Shown here one piece after another: positions 1 to 12,542 of a stretch of 64,000 nt of DNA. The stretch covers positions 16,685,653 through 16,749,652 of the forward strand of contig NC_134028.1 of assembly GCF_964204645.1 (NCBI RefSeq). The letters run 5' to 3'. The position numbers and the translations under genes are program-made. The number at the start of each line of letters is the position of its first letter. Position 1 is the stretch's first letter. Below the pieces are notes generated by a model, which had not been told where the DNA came from, searched no databases, and worked only from the letters and a program-made list of their open reading frames with translations. This stretch comes from Tubulanus polymorphus. Taxonomy: Eukaryota > Animalia > Nemertea.

Positions 1-192
1 TCGTCAAATATTGGAATTCAATGTGAATTAGATAATGAAAAATCATATAAAGATATTGTAGTTCAATGTAATTTAGATGATGAATTTAGAAAATTCAATC
101 CTAATGAAAAAGTGCATTGTTATTGCGGAGGTAAATATTTAAAATCACATAAATCAAAGCATTATGAAACAATTAAACAAAAACTGGCGTAA
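1..192 (+). CDS. 3' end of an ORF with a CxCG...H zinc-finger-like motif (virus/Polinton-like), truncated by the window edge
   Basis: Frame 1 is open from base 1 to TAA at 190-192: ...FNPNEKVHCYCGGKYLKSHKSKHYETIKQKLA*. It resembles small CxCG zinc-binding modules of large DNA virus and Polinton proteins (recalled, not searched). Confidence 0.45.
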   Translation, partial: SSNIGIQCELDNEKSYKDIVVQCNLDDEFRKFNPNEKVHCYCGGKYLKSHKSKHYETIKQKLA

Positions 193-251
193 AGAGTAAC
201 AATTCTACATTCTAATTATTGAATTGGGTTAAATGATTTAAATATCTAATA

Positions 252-1750
252 GACTGTTAAAATGTTAAATTGTTTGACAGTTAAAATGATAAATTGTTTG
301 ACAGTTAAAATGATAAATTGTTTGACAGTTAAAATGATAAATTGTTCGACTGTTGAAATGATAAGACAGTTGAAATGATAAATTGTTTGACAGTTGAAAT
401 GATAAATTGTTTGACAGTTGAAATGATAAATTATTTGACAGTTGAAATGTTAAATTGTTTGACAGTTGAAATGTTAAATTGTTTGACAGTTGAAACGTTA
501 AATTGTTTGACAGTTGAAATGTTAAATTGTTTGACAGTTGAAATGATAAACTGTTTGGCAGTTGAAATGATAAATTGTTTGACAGTTGAAATGATAAATT
601 GTTTGACAGTTGAAATGATAAGACAGTTGAAATGATAAATTGTTTGACAGTTGAAATGTTAAATTGTTTGACAGTTAAAATGATAAAATGTTTGACAGTT
701 GAAATGATAAATTGTTTAACAGTTGAAATGATAAATTGTTTGACAGTTGAAATGATAAATTGTTTAACAGTTAAAATGATAAATTGTTTAACAGTTGAAA
801 TGATAAATTGTTTAACAGTTAAAATGATAAATCGTTTAACAGTTGAAGTGATAAATTGTTTAACAGTTGAAATGATAAATTGTTTGACAGTTCAAATGAT
901 AAATTGTTTGACAGTTGAAACGATAAATTGTTTGACAGTTGAAATGATAAATTGTTTGACAGTTGAAATGATAAATTGTTTGACAGTTAAAATGGTAAAT
1001 TGTTTGACAGTTGAAATGATAAATTGTTTGACAGTTAAAATGATAAATTGTTTGACAGTTGAAATGATAAATTGTTTGACAGTTGAAAGGATAAATTGTT
1101 TGACAGTTGAAATGATAAATTGTTCGACTGTTGAAATGATAAGACAGTTGAAATGATAAATTGTTTGACAGTTAAAATGATAAATTGTTTGACAGTTGAA
1201 ATGATAAATTGTTTGACAGTTGAAATGATAAATTGTTTGACAGTTGAAATAATAAATTGTTTGACAGTTGAAATGATAAATTGTTTGACAGTTGAAATGA
1301 TAAATTGTTTGACAGTTGAAATGATAAATTGTTTGTCAGTTGAAATGATAAATTGTTTGACCGTTGAAATGATAAATTGTTTGACAGTTGAAATGATAAA
1401 TTGTTTGACAGTTGAAATGATAAATTGTTTGACTGTTGAAATGATAAATTGTTTGGCAGTTGAAATGTTAAATTGTTTTAGTTGAAATGATAAATTTTTT
1501 TACAGTTGAAATGATAAATTGTTTGACTGTTGAAATGATAAATTGTTTGGCAGTTGAAATGTTAAATTGTTTGACAGTTGAAATGATAGATTGTTTGACT
1601 GTTGAAATGATAAATTGTTTGACAGTTGAAATGATAAATTGTTTGACTGTTGAAATGATAAATTGTTTGGCAGTTGAAATGATAAATTGTTTGGCAGTTG
1701 AAATGATGAATTGTTTGACAGTTGAAATGTTAAATTGTTTGGCTGTAAAT
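252..1750. repeat. 24-bp minisatellite, about 60 copies (GACAGTTGAAATGATAAATTGTTT)
   Basis: Directly visible tandem array. Shortened 17-nt variant units (ATGATAAGACAGTTGAA) occur near 358, 615 and 1136 and shift the reading frame. Confidence 0.97.
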
Positions 1751-1865
1751 TTAATTGTTATTTGATTTAATCATTTAAAAGTTTAATATTTTAAAAATGA
1801 TTATAAAATATTTATATAAAGACTAGCAAATATTTTGTAAACTGTTTAATTTTTCTCTTAAATGA

Positions 1866-2084
1866 ATGGATGGTTTCATCCCAACTGGTAAAAGTGATTT
1901 GAAACATTATTTAGTTGCTGGAGGTTTAATATTGGCAGCATTATATTTTTACTATGAGAATATTTCAAAAGATTTGATGAATGAAAATAATAAATTGAGT
2001 AAAAAATTAAAGAAGTTAAATGGAAACAATCACAGAAATAAAAAGAATAAAAAAGTTAATTTAGATAATGATTTAGAGGATTAA
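1866..2084 (+). CDS. small protein with one hydrophobic segment and a basic tail (virus-like hypothetical)
   Basis: 72-aa ATG ORF. Hydrophobic LVAGGLILAALYFYY is followed by a K/N-rich tail; tightly packed with the next ORF. Confidence 0.4.
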   Translation: MDGFIPTGKSDLKHYLVAGGLILAALYFYYENISKDLMNENNKLSKKLKKLNGNNHRNKKNKKVNLDNDLED

Positions 2085-2122
2085 AACAGCATCTTTTAAT
2101 TTCATATATTTTGGCTATAAAA

Positions 2123-2425
2123 ATGAGTGAAAATATATTAAACTTATTACATCTAATATATAAAAATCAACAGAATATTAAATCAATTATTATGCTTACA
2201 GGTTTATTTTCATTCTCAGTTTATACTATAAAACAGTTGTTAGAATTCTATGATTGCTGTAAAATTAGATACACTGAATTAATAGATAATATAAATTATA
2301 TTTCAGATAGATTGAATAATATTAAGTGTTGTGAAATATGTAATAAAAGATATAAAAATAAAAAGAGTTTGAGAAATCATAAATATATTCATGAATTAGA
2401 TGATAAACTGTATAATTCAAATTGA
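2123..2425 (+). CDS. small protein with a C-terminal C2H2 zinc finger (virus-like hypothetical)
   Basis: ATG at 2123. Contains CEICNKRYKNKKSLRNHKYIH (C-x2-C-x12-H-x3-H). Intronless and very AT-rich. Confidence 0.55.
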   Translation: MSENILNLLHLIYKNQQNIKSIIMLTGLFSFSVYTIKQLLEFYDCCKIRYTELIDNINYISDRLNNIKCCEICNKRYKNKKSLRNHKYIHELDDKLYNSN

Positions 2426-2527
2426 GAATAAGACTGTTAAATTGGTTGAAAATATAAAAATAGATAATATTTTAACTATTTCTATATTTAGATTAATAAT
2501 TAATATTTATAATTTTTATAAAAACTA

Positions 2528-2641
2528 ATTTATATATCTATGTACTAGACGTACGAGTAAGAAAGTGAGATTCTTGCCAAGAAAGTAAGAATCTTTGATC
2601 TTGGATTCTTACTCGTACGTCTAGTACATAGATATATAAAT
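2528..2641. repeat. perfect 36-bp inverted repeat (hairpin)
   Basis: 2528-2563 (ATTTATATATCTATGTACTAGACGTACGAGTAAGAA) is the exact reverse complement of 2606-2641; 42-nt loop. Confidence 0.92.
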
Positions 2642-3177
2642 AGTTTTATCATATATATTTCTGTTTCAATATTTATTTATCTCACAGATTAATTATAAAT
2701 GTTTGGAAAAGTATAAATCATATTCAATTATATATTTACATTTTTCATTAATAAAAGAGGATTACAATGAACCCGCAAGATTGTTAAACTGTTTAAGTAT
2801 TGAATTTTGTAGATTGTATATTCATAAACTAAATGATAAATTACGAATAAGACTGGTAAATTAGCTGAAATGTATGAAATATTGTATGAAATATTAGTTA
2901 ACCCAAAAAAGGGGGTTGAGGTATCAATGTATTAAATACATATTAAATACATATTAATGGTATTAAATACATATTATGCTTTATTTCTGAAAATGAAGTA
3001 ACAGAAGGAATTTATGTTTTAATTCATTCAAGTATGATATTGTAAATTCTTTACATTTGACTAGGATAATACAAGAGTGATATTAGTTAGTTGGCTTATT
3101 CAATAAGAGAAACAATGAAATAATACAAGAGTGATACTAACAGTTAAAGTTATTGAATTTCTTGTTAAATCTATTTG

Positions 3178-3347
3178 AATTCTAGTCAATTCTTGTTAAC
3201 CAATAGCGCGAATAGAAATCAAAAAGATTTAAATAAAAAAACAATAAGTTACTTTATCTAATACTAACTTATTTAACTTATTGTTTTTTTATTTAAATCT
3301 TTTTGATTTCTATTCGCGCTATTGGCTAACAAGAATTTACTAGAATT
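3178..3347. repeat. about 74-bp inverted repeat (hairpin) overlapping the stop of the minus-strand ORF
   Basis: 3178-3251 pairs with 3274-3347 with 2 mismatches; 22-nt loop. Confidence 0.92.
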
Positions 3348-3802
3348 TTATTATAGATAATTTGTTTATTATCAAAATTGAAATAATATAATTGTCTTTT
3401 TTCAATTCTTAAGTTAATCAAATCATTGTAATCTTTTGAAAGTATTATATCATCATTTCTTTCATTGAAAGGAGTTTTAAGAATATTTATTATGTTTTCA
3501 TCTAAAATTCCTTTTAATTTTAAAACTGTATTGAATATTTTAGGATTTTTATCGCCATTATCAAAAGTATCTACTAGTTCAGTAATTAAATAAGTTTCAT
3601 TTGATAATATTTGATTAATCATAGTTATGTTATCGATTTTATAATGTCTTGCGGACACTAAATTTGTTGCTGAAATATAATTTTTAATGTTAAATAATGA
3701 AAATGATTTATTGGTTTCATTGATTTCGATTTTTAAGTTGGGTTCTTCTTCTCCTGTCTTCATTTTAATAACAAAACTTTTATTAAAATGAATCCAACGC
3801 AT
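3326..3802 (-). CDS. hypothetical protein, about 158 aa (virus-like)
   Basis: Long ORF for roughly 80% AT DNA. First ATG at 3802; N/I/K-rich, intronless, no recognised domain. Confidence 0.5.
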   Translation of the reverse strand: MRWIHFNKSFVIKMKTGEEEPNLKIEINETNKSFSLFNIKNYISATNLVSARHYKIDNITMINQILSNETYLITELVDTFDNGDKNPKIFNTVLKLKGILDENIINILKTPFNERNDDIILSKDYNDLINLRIEKRQLYYFNFDNKQIIYNKILVNSC

Positions 3803-3920
3803 ATAAATATAAATATTCACGGTTTTAAATATGAATTATTTCACTCACACTTTTATATTGAATAATCTATCAATTTATATGTTATTCATATATATTTTAT
3901 TCATGTATATGAATATTTTA

Positions 3921-4263
3921 AGAGTAATAGGGGTAATGGGCTTTCAGGTTAAAGGTTGAATGGTCGAGCTCATAAAAATGAAAAACATGAAAATAATAAC
4001 AATTTATACTTGAATTAGGAGTGAAACTCATAAAAAATAAAAAATAATTCTCACACTCGAATTTATTTCACTCACACTTTACTCACACTTTTTTCTAGCG
4101 AGTAAAAATGAAAAATAAATTCGAGTGTGTGAGAATTATTTTTCATTTTTTATGAGTTTCGCGACTAATTCAAGTAGAAATTGTTATTATTTTCATGCTT
4201 TTCATTTTTTATGAGCTCGACCGTTCGACCTTTGATTTGAAAGCCTATTATCCCTATTACTCT
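3921..4263. repeat. imperfect about 150-bp inverted repeat with AGAG...CTCT ends; possible element terminus
   Basis: 3921-4068 (AGAGTAATAGGGGTAATGGGCTTTCA...) pairs with 4113-4263 (...TGAAAGCCTATTATCCCTATTACTCT). Confidence 0.85.
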
Positions 4264-6358
4264 CCGGCACAAAAAAGTTAAACTCTTAAATCGATTTAAT
4301 TCTTTTTTTGATAATTCAGTTTATCTTAAATCGATTTAAGCCTTCCTTTTTGTGAAACTGTTTGTGAGGGCATTAGAGAATTAAGTGAGAAATTATAAAC
4401 CACAAGCCGATCAATCCAGATTGATTTACATTAGAAAACATATGATTAGGCAACAAACTAGGCCTATGATCGAACAAAAATGTTGAAGGAGTCTTTGTTG
4501 ATTAAGCATGCCTGCCTTGTTGTTAGGACAGGCTTAGCGTATCATAGGCCTAAAGAATGCTCTAAATTAAGGCCTCTTCATAAGTTGCATCGGACAAACA
4601 ATTTTCAAATTTCTCACTTCCAGCTTTTTGTCTTCACAATTTAAGTGAATAAATATGAAGAAATTCCAACTACAAAAATGGAGAAACAAAGAACACGAGA
4701 GGTATCTTCCAAATTCCATGATCTAAATGAAATATTTCAAGCTTACCGGTACCCCTCTGTAGTTCAGTAGGCATTAGGCCTATTGAAATGTAACTCAACT
4801 CAAGAAAAACCTAGTTTAGACTCAGTAAATTAATTAAGGTTCATTGGCTTTGATAGATTATTAAAGCTAGTTATAATTACCATAATTGTATTGAATTCGC
4901 TTAGTTTTTCTGCTACCTTTTACAGGAATATGGAGGGTGACAGGAATCAAACTGTTGATCATGTGACGAGTGTAGATTGCTTTCTGATTTTCTATCCCCC
5001 TTCCCCATAGATCTACCCACTAAAACTGAATTGAGGCAACAACAACTGTACATAACAGTCTCAGATACACAATCAAAATGAATTTGAGGAAGGATTATTT
5101 TGGAATTTTTGATTTATTTTCCTTGTTGGATGTGAAAAAAGTTCTTAATTTAGTGTTCAAAACAGAATGATGTAGGTGCTTTATAAATTGCCTAATTTAT
5201 AATTCTTATTCATCATCATTAAGATTTGACCCCCCTCTCCAAGTAGGTTGTTTGTTTTACAATCCCTCCACTCTAGAAAACATGTTTGCTACCCCTCTCA
5301 TTTGGATAGTACTTATAGACAGTAATATTTGGCGCCAGAATCAATATTTCCATATGTAGCCTTGAAAAATTAACAATAACTCTGGGGGTATCGGTTATGT
5401 ACCGGTAACGGCAAGATTCTCCTGGCATTCAAGTTTGGTTGTTATGCCTTATATTCTAGTAATAATCATTTCCTATTTTCCATGCATTGTTGATGTATGC
5501 AATATATGTTTTCAGAATAAAATCATTTCTATCTCCTCTGATGAGTAAGTGTGTAAGCCTTTCATTAAGTTTATTGAATTGATGATTTTAAAGCTTCTTT
5601 TGTTTAGTTAAACTTTTGTGAGCAGTTCATTAATTAGTATTGCTTGTTGTTTTACATTTCACAAACACCATAGTACTTGAGTACATTTCAAAACTGAATT
5701 CAAGGTTGGATCCAAGGGCCCATGAGACTTCCACAAGATCTTTAGATTTTAAAACGCCTTTTATTATGTCAAAAAGAATATCAGAAAATGGTATTTCAAT
5801 CGATTAAAAACCCAGTTCCGAAAAGATTCAGGCAAATGTAATTTTTCCTGTAAGAATACTAGATTTCAAGTACAAAATTTGGAATGTATGTAAATTTTTA
5901 GATATGGATTTCTCTTTAGGAATAACATAATCATATAACTCATTGACGATCTTCTGATTCTTTGTCATTTAAAGATGTATGATTCTCAAAACCTTAGGTT
6001 GACTTTTACACGAAGTAGACTTTAACTCGAGTATATACGGTATTTAATACATAAAAAATGACATGATTTTTTGAAAATTTTATTTCAGAGAAGAAGATGG
6101 GCCAAAAATTGTCCTAACAGATGAAGATGATATGGTTATTACATTTTGATGATTATAAATAATTCAGTCTCCATATTATCAAGAACAATGAAATATGAAA
6201 GAACAATTCAAAAATCTTTTGGAATTCAGTCATCTGATTTACGTACCATCACTGCCGTCACCGTCACCCAAAAGAGTCAAATTTGAGGATGACTTAGAGC
6301 AGCTTAGTGATAGCAATAGGTAGGTGTGTAAAATTTGTTTATGAATGTTGTTTCATTA

Positions 6359-7175
6359 AGGCCACTTGGACTAGTCCATACACAGAATCCAGTTATTTTA
6401 GAAAGTTTTGAAGATGCTTCTATGAATTGTCTTGATATTTGATTGACATCTACCCTAGACAAATTTTCAGACCAAACGTGGACCCAGTCAGAAACTAGAG
6501 GGACAACTGGCCACCTCTTCTATTTGCCAAAGGCAGTGCTTTTTACAATTTTTCAAGGGAAACTGCTTCAATCTTCAATCTCGTTTCTTTACGTTTGTAT
6601 CGCCCTCGGTATCAGCATAAGAAAAATTGGGTCAATTGGACACAAGCATGCCGTAAATTTTGGCCTGAATTCTGAGTCCTGTACTTCCTAATGGTTTGCC
6701 ATTTTTCATTGCAATTTCTGATGGGTATTCTTTGAAAAGGGATCTTTTATACTTGAGACAGGTATTTTTGATCAGTCAAGTATTGGTGTCATCAGTACTC
6801 ATTCTTCTGGTGAAAAAAGTATTTCCACATGATATTGATACTTCAGCGGTATGTTGTTGGAAAATTGCAGCTCATGACGTGTTCTATGATTGTAGTGAGT
6901 TTCAAGGTCATTGGGCCTTGCATATGGTCACCAGGGGGCGTTGAATAGTAAAATAACTTAGTATTTCCACATATCATTGGTAACTATGCATATTTTGTTA
7001 CCACAATCAATTACAAAATCGTAACTGCTGACATGTTCTATGATTGTGGTGAGTTTCAAGGTCATTGGATTTTTTTCAAGGTCATTAGATGGGGGCGTTG
7101 AATATTATAATTGTTAGATTGTTGAGCATTTGAAACCACTTCCCAAGTGGGCATGGTGTCCCTGGACCCCTAGTT
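6359..7175 (-). mobile_element. non-autonomous Helentron/Helitron-like element, family A (inverted, shorter copy of 43123-44386)
   Basis: The reverse complement matches both ends and the internal ~150-bp units of the 43123-44386 element. Confidence 0.7.
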
Positions 7176-7227
7176 TTATTAATTACTCAATATGAATAGG
7201 ACATGAACATATATTAATTTTTTTCAG

Positions 7228-9870
7228 TGTTACTGAAATAATTCAACATGGTGTAAGATATTTACATGGAAACAAGAACTTGCCGATTGTTCCTTCTGAG
7301 GTTGGACAGAGATCGTCTCAATCTATATGCTTTGACATACTACATCACGATGCCAAATATAATTCCTGTCAAGTGCCTGCTTTCATTGAAGAGAACTGCA
7401 GTTTCTATGTGGACACCTCAAAACTGGCTGATCCGGAAGACGTATTGAGTGATGAAATGGGAGCGTGGGAACAAACTAGAACTAGCTCAACAAAGCACAT
7501 TATTGATGATACAAGTTATAAACTAAAAAAACAGTCTTACCGGAATACCTCCAGTCGAGATCTTACTAGGCGTATTAGCACTATATATCATAACCATAAT
7601 CAGATTCCAATTGTTTTTATTTCATATCAACTTGAAGGCGAGGAACATCCCGTTGTTGTCAAACCACATGGTAGAGCTACTAAATCTGTTGTACCGTATT
7701 CGAGAACAAAACAAAGTATTAAAAACTCTTTAAATGAAGCAATCTTACGGGGAAACTCCAACCAAAAAGCCCCGAGTATTGTTCAGGAAGCACAGAGAGA
7801 TTTCTTCACCAAGTAATCTCCCAAGAAACCTTAATCAATTAAAGAAGATTAAATCATCATCCTCATTTACCCCCAAAAGTCCTGACCCATTTGGGCATCT
7901 TTTAATCATGCAGAAAAATGAGAGTTCTGATGAAAGATTTATAAGGGACATAGATTTCTGTGACCCAGAACCTTCGGTCATGTTATACTCAAGCTCAGTT
8001 AGAACAGTTGAAGAAATACTGTTGTGATAATTCTGAAGTTTTGATTGTAGATGTTACATTTAAATTTGGTAATTTCTATGTATGTATCTGCACATATCGA
8101 CATATTGAATTGATTAATGAGAGGGAACTCTCTTCGGTTTTAATTGGTCCGGTCATGTTACACAAGAGAAAAGAGTTTGAATCTTACTCAAAGTTTTTCC
8201 AACATTTGAGTGTAGTCTTGCCACAAATAAAAAACGACTTACGAGCGTATGGTACTGATGGTGAAGTGGCATTGTTTACTGCATTAGGTGGATTATTTCC
8301 ATTTGCGGTCCACTTAAGATGTATGGTTCATTTACGACGTAATATTGAAAAGTTGATGACAAAACTTGCTTTGCCTGTTAGTATACGGCAGGTCATTTTG
8401 AAGGATATTTTTGGATCAAAATCAGAATTAGGGTTAGTTCATAGCACAAGCATCAATTTCACTGAACGCTTAGCTTTACTAGAGAAGAAATGGAGTGATC
8501 TGGAATTATCCTATGAAAGAGAACGAACATTTTTTTCCACTATTCAAATATCATTTTGCAAGTATATTGAGACATCATGGTCTTGTTCCAGAAAACGTTG
8601 AATTTTCAGGATATGCTATCTATGATGGCAATAGAGTTGAATCTCTGATTGCAAAATTAAGAAGATTTACTAATTTTAAGGAGAACGATATTGACCGGTT
8701 TGTTACAGAGCTTCAATCAATTGTAAAGCAGCAACAACTTAATGTAGAACGAGCCTATCTGAATCAAGGTGATAGGAGATTGAAAGATCAGTCAAAGCGT
8801 ATTGGTGGGAAGGAGTTCATCACTTCTTCAACCATGCAGAGGAAAGAAATTCTTACTTCTGTACAGCAGTTACCTGTTAAAATTTCAGCTCCATCTGCCC
8901 AATCTTCGACATTACATTTGCCTCGATTGCATCAATCAGTTTCCTCATCTTCATCACTGCAACCACATTCTGCTGCTCTGTCAGGGTCTTTAATTTCTGT
9001 TGCTTCGACAGGTGCAGTTTCTGACAATTCGTCTTGCTCAACAGATCCGATAAGCAAAGCAGTTTCGATGCTCACTAGTTTAACTGATCACGAAAGAAAG
9101 TTTCTTGCAGAAAAGGCAAGAAGATTATTATTTGAAAACAAAGTCCAAGAAACATGGGAACCAACTAATGATAGATTCGTTGCTAGTGAACGTCGTGAAC
9201 TTCCAGGTACAAACAGCCAGGTGTTTATGAATGTGACAAGTTTTGTCCGGCTTATCAAGCAAGATGCATATGAGCTCATTCATTGGGAGCTGCCGAATCC
9301 AACAATGATACAATATCATTATACAATACCATATCTTTCGTTCAGAATCTGGTGCACGGTAAATGTACCAAAAAGCCCTTAATTACTGTTCTAACCAACA
9401 TAGACATGCCGACTTATGCTGGTCGAAAAAACCCACCAGAGTACGGCGTCCAAACAGTACGCCTCTGAATATGCCTATAACTGACCGATTGTCTAGTGGT
9501 TCTGACAACAAAGCCATACATGTTGTAGTTGTACAGAAACTACCTTCAAAACCACCCATGGAGCCATCTTGTGAACCATTCATATTGCGTGAAATTAAAG
9601 GCAACATTTCGGTATGTGCTGGATGTCGGGTCAATTTTAAGTCTAATGGGCGGCTTGTTGCCCTGATGATATTGCCATCGCTCACAAACAACGAGATTTC
9701 TTTCCGAATAAAACCAAGACTGAGTGGTAATTGGGAGCTTTAAGCTTCAATTACTATCATTTGAATAAGGAATGCATCCTTAAAGGTGATCCCTCTCTTT
9801 ATATAAAAAGAATTGTGCCTGTTGGTTTAAAGATAACACCAGAATTAGCTGAGGCGTTGAGGGGGCATAT
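7228..9870 (+). pseudogene. frameshifted Mutator-like (MULE) transposase with a SWIM finger
   Basis: Overlapping ORFs 7280-9913 give VLIVDVTF...GPVMLH...YGTDGEVAL...HLRCMVH (MULE D, D and CxxH). SWIM-like YECDKFCPAYQARCI*AHS near 9230-9280 carries a Cys-to-stop change. C-terminal GNISVCAGC...YYH. Several frameshifts. Confidence 0.75.
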
Positions 9871-10367
9871 TTGGTTTGCTCATATCGGAGTAAATATTGT
9901 GTTGTGGCTATAGTTCACCTAAACTTAATCACTGGTGTAATAAATAGGGCTAGAAATAAATTTTCAGTCATTCTCTAAAACAAGTTTTTGTATATTTAGA
10001 GTGTGTTCATATGAACATGATATATGTAAGCTCTAGAGAAATAGCACACGCATAATTTTCTGGTATTATGGTGATGTAAATGTCTTAACACTTGACTTCA
10101 GAGGATGTCGGGTGGCCTAGCTCAGTTTTGGGACCTGATATAGGCCTACATGTAGGTCATATAACGACCAGAATGGACTGGCAGTTGAATTTAAACAATT
10201 CTTTTTAATCCATTTTTATATTGTAGGTCTTCATAGAATGGGTCGAAATAGAAAACTGACGCCATAAGCTGATGCATAACTTGAATTTGAATGCAATGTG
10301 TTGAACCATATGTGCCTTGTCTACAAATTCTAGATAAAGCTTGAAAAAACTTATACAAATGTATATG

Positions 10368-10418
10368 TATACATGTATGTATGTATGCATGTATGTACGT
10401 ACGTATGTATGTATATAT
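10368..10418. repeat. (TATG)n microsatellite
   Basis: Visible TATG/TACG tetranucleotide run. Confidence 0.8.
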
Positions 10419-10484
10419 GAGGAGTATTAGTATTCCTCAGTATTAGGAATATTTTCAGTAGTCTCTAAAGCACAGACACCACTA

Positions 10485-11273
10485 GTTTGGAGGGGCTGCA
10501 ATTAACGTCGGACAACTAAGCATTCGCAAAAAGTCTACTTGTTCAACATTTTGGCCAAGATCATATGATTATTGAGGCGTATCTCAATTCATTATTGAAG
10601 TTAGAACGCCCTTCGAATAGTGCCGCCTCGATGCGAACGTTCTGTGATAAAATCGAATCCCATATCCGTACCTTGGAGAATCATCTGGTAAGTTTTGTTC
10701 CGATCAACAATACGGCGATCAAAACCGTCAGCAGTTTTAAATCTTCTCGCGAATCGCCAAAAGCGATGTATATATTGTGATAGCGAACGTCACTACGCCT
10801 CGAGCTGTAACATCGTTGAAGATCCGGCTGCTAGATATTTTATTGTGAAAAAGGCGGTATGTGTTTCAACTGCCTTGGGAAAGACAAGGTGAAAAATTGT
10901 GTTTCCAAAATGAAATTTGAATCACGTTCAGCTTCTCATCATACAAGTCTATGTGGAGCACCCCCTTAAAAAAAACCCGGTCGGGTTACATGTTAAAATC
11001 GATTCGACTGAGTCAAAGTTACAGCAGTCAGCAGTTGGGTCGGATTTAAAGAACCAAAATGGTGCTTCTTTAAACCACGATTTTTCAAATCAGGTTATAA
11101 CCAGTACTACTACTATTCAAGGGCAAAGGTACGGTTCGGTTTTATTAAAAACTGCTGTTGCTGCTGTGACAACTGCCTCCTATCAGATAATAATAGAAAA
11201 TAAAGGAATATTATTTGATGACGGCTCACAGAGGCCATTCATAACCCAATCATTAGTTATTAGTAAGACTTAG
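10485..11273 (+). mobile_element. BEL/Pao LTR retrotransposon gag-protease remnant
   Basis: DUF1759-like LEGLQLTSDN...IIEAYLNSLLKL...DKIESHIRTLE; knuckle CIYC-x4-H-x4-C; Pao protease VLLKTA...ILFDDGSQRPFIT. Broken by frameshifts. Confidence 0.8.
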
Positions 11274-11979
11274 TAATCACCAGCGAAATTAAGAAATTAG
11301 AAGAAAATTCTCGTAATCTATCAGATGAACTCTCGGATTTAAAATCAATTCTAGTTACAAAAGCTGAAAAAATTATAGGTCAACTAAAAGAGATATTTGG
11401 ATTACAATCGAAAGTGGACAAATTGAAACTCCAGTTAGTTCATCACAGTGATAAAACAGACACGAAAGATCTTCGGATATCTGATGGAATTCTGTCAGAT
11501 ATTGGCGTTTTGTACGATACAGATCCGCCTAAAATTATGGCTGCAAAGCGATCAACTATACCGGTGTATGAAGTGCGTGTGCAAGACCCCATATCTCGGG
11601 AACAAGTAGACTTTTCTGTAACTTGGGAACAATCATTGTCATCCGTTTATTATGACAATTTGGACCGTTATGATATGGATATTAAAGCGCTAACGAATCG
11701 TGAACCCGTTTCGAAGAAGAATGTGGATCTACATTTACATAGTTCTTTAAGATCTTTAGACAATTCCGGAATTCTTAAATCACAATGGGACAAAAGGGGG
11801 AGGAACATCCCCTTTGGTTTGGTATGAGATGGAAATAGAATATTTCTTCATCTCTCAGAAATTTATAAATTTAGTTCCTACGTTGACAATTTTGCTATCT
11901 AATTTTTCTCTATCTTTGTCAATTATGTAGTAATTCTTTTGTTTTCGGGGACGAAAACTTTCTGGACATATTAGGGGAG

Positions 11980-12368
11980 AATAAAGCAAAGCTAAAATTC
12001 ACTTGTATGTTCTTGTATGTACTAAATCTATATATTTCATATTCTTTTAATGTTTAAATGTCTGTATGTAATTATTCTTTGTCCTCTGAGACAGTTCGTC
12101 TGGGTCTGTGCGTATTAATTATTGTTTGTCTCCTGTCATGTCACTACTCGTCACCTTTGTTTGTACATCAATTTCCTTGTTTCTACTCGTCTTGTATCCA
12201 ATGAATATAAATAGTTCATGTGTAAAATAAAGATCAGTCAGTTTTGGATTCCAAACTGGAACGTTCATTCATCATTTCATCCGGATTTCCGATATCGACC
12301 ATTCTTCGAGAATAGGACTTAATCTACGTTATAACGTCGTCTTTCTCCGGAATTACGTATTAGATACA
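11980..12368 (+). mobile_element. possible 3'/solo LTR
   Basis: Purine tract AGGGGAGAA near 11973, TATAAATA near 12206, AATAAA near 12227, ends in ...ACA. No second LTR is available for confirmation. Confidence 0.3.
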
Positions 12369-12542
12369 ATGGTATCTTTCAATACCAATGGGGAGCCACA
12401 ATCCGCCGCCGATACGCGGCGCTGATAAGCAACTCCGTCTCACCGCAAGATGGCGCTGCAGTATTGCTTCGTTATTTTCAAGTTTTTTAACGGCTTACTT
12501 CCATGAAGTGATCGTGAATAAATGCTGCTGTTGGAAGTCTCA

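Noticed and set aside
375-1765. MINCLTVE-repeat ORFs as proteins, or the array as a CRISPR
   Set aside because: The ORFs are a by-product of a 24-bp unit that is stop-free in one frame and are broken by indels. There are no unique spacers, no cas genes, and the context is eukaryotic.
12369-12382. TGGTATC as a tRNA-Met primer-binding site after the candidate LTR
   Set aside because: The match is only 7 nt and no retroelement ORF follows.
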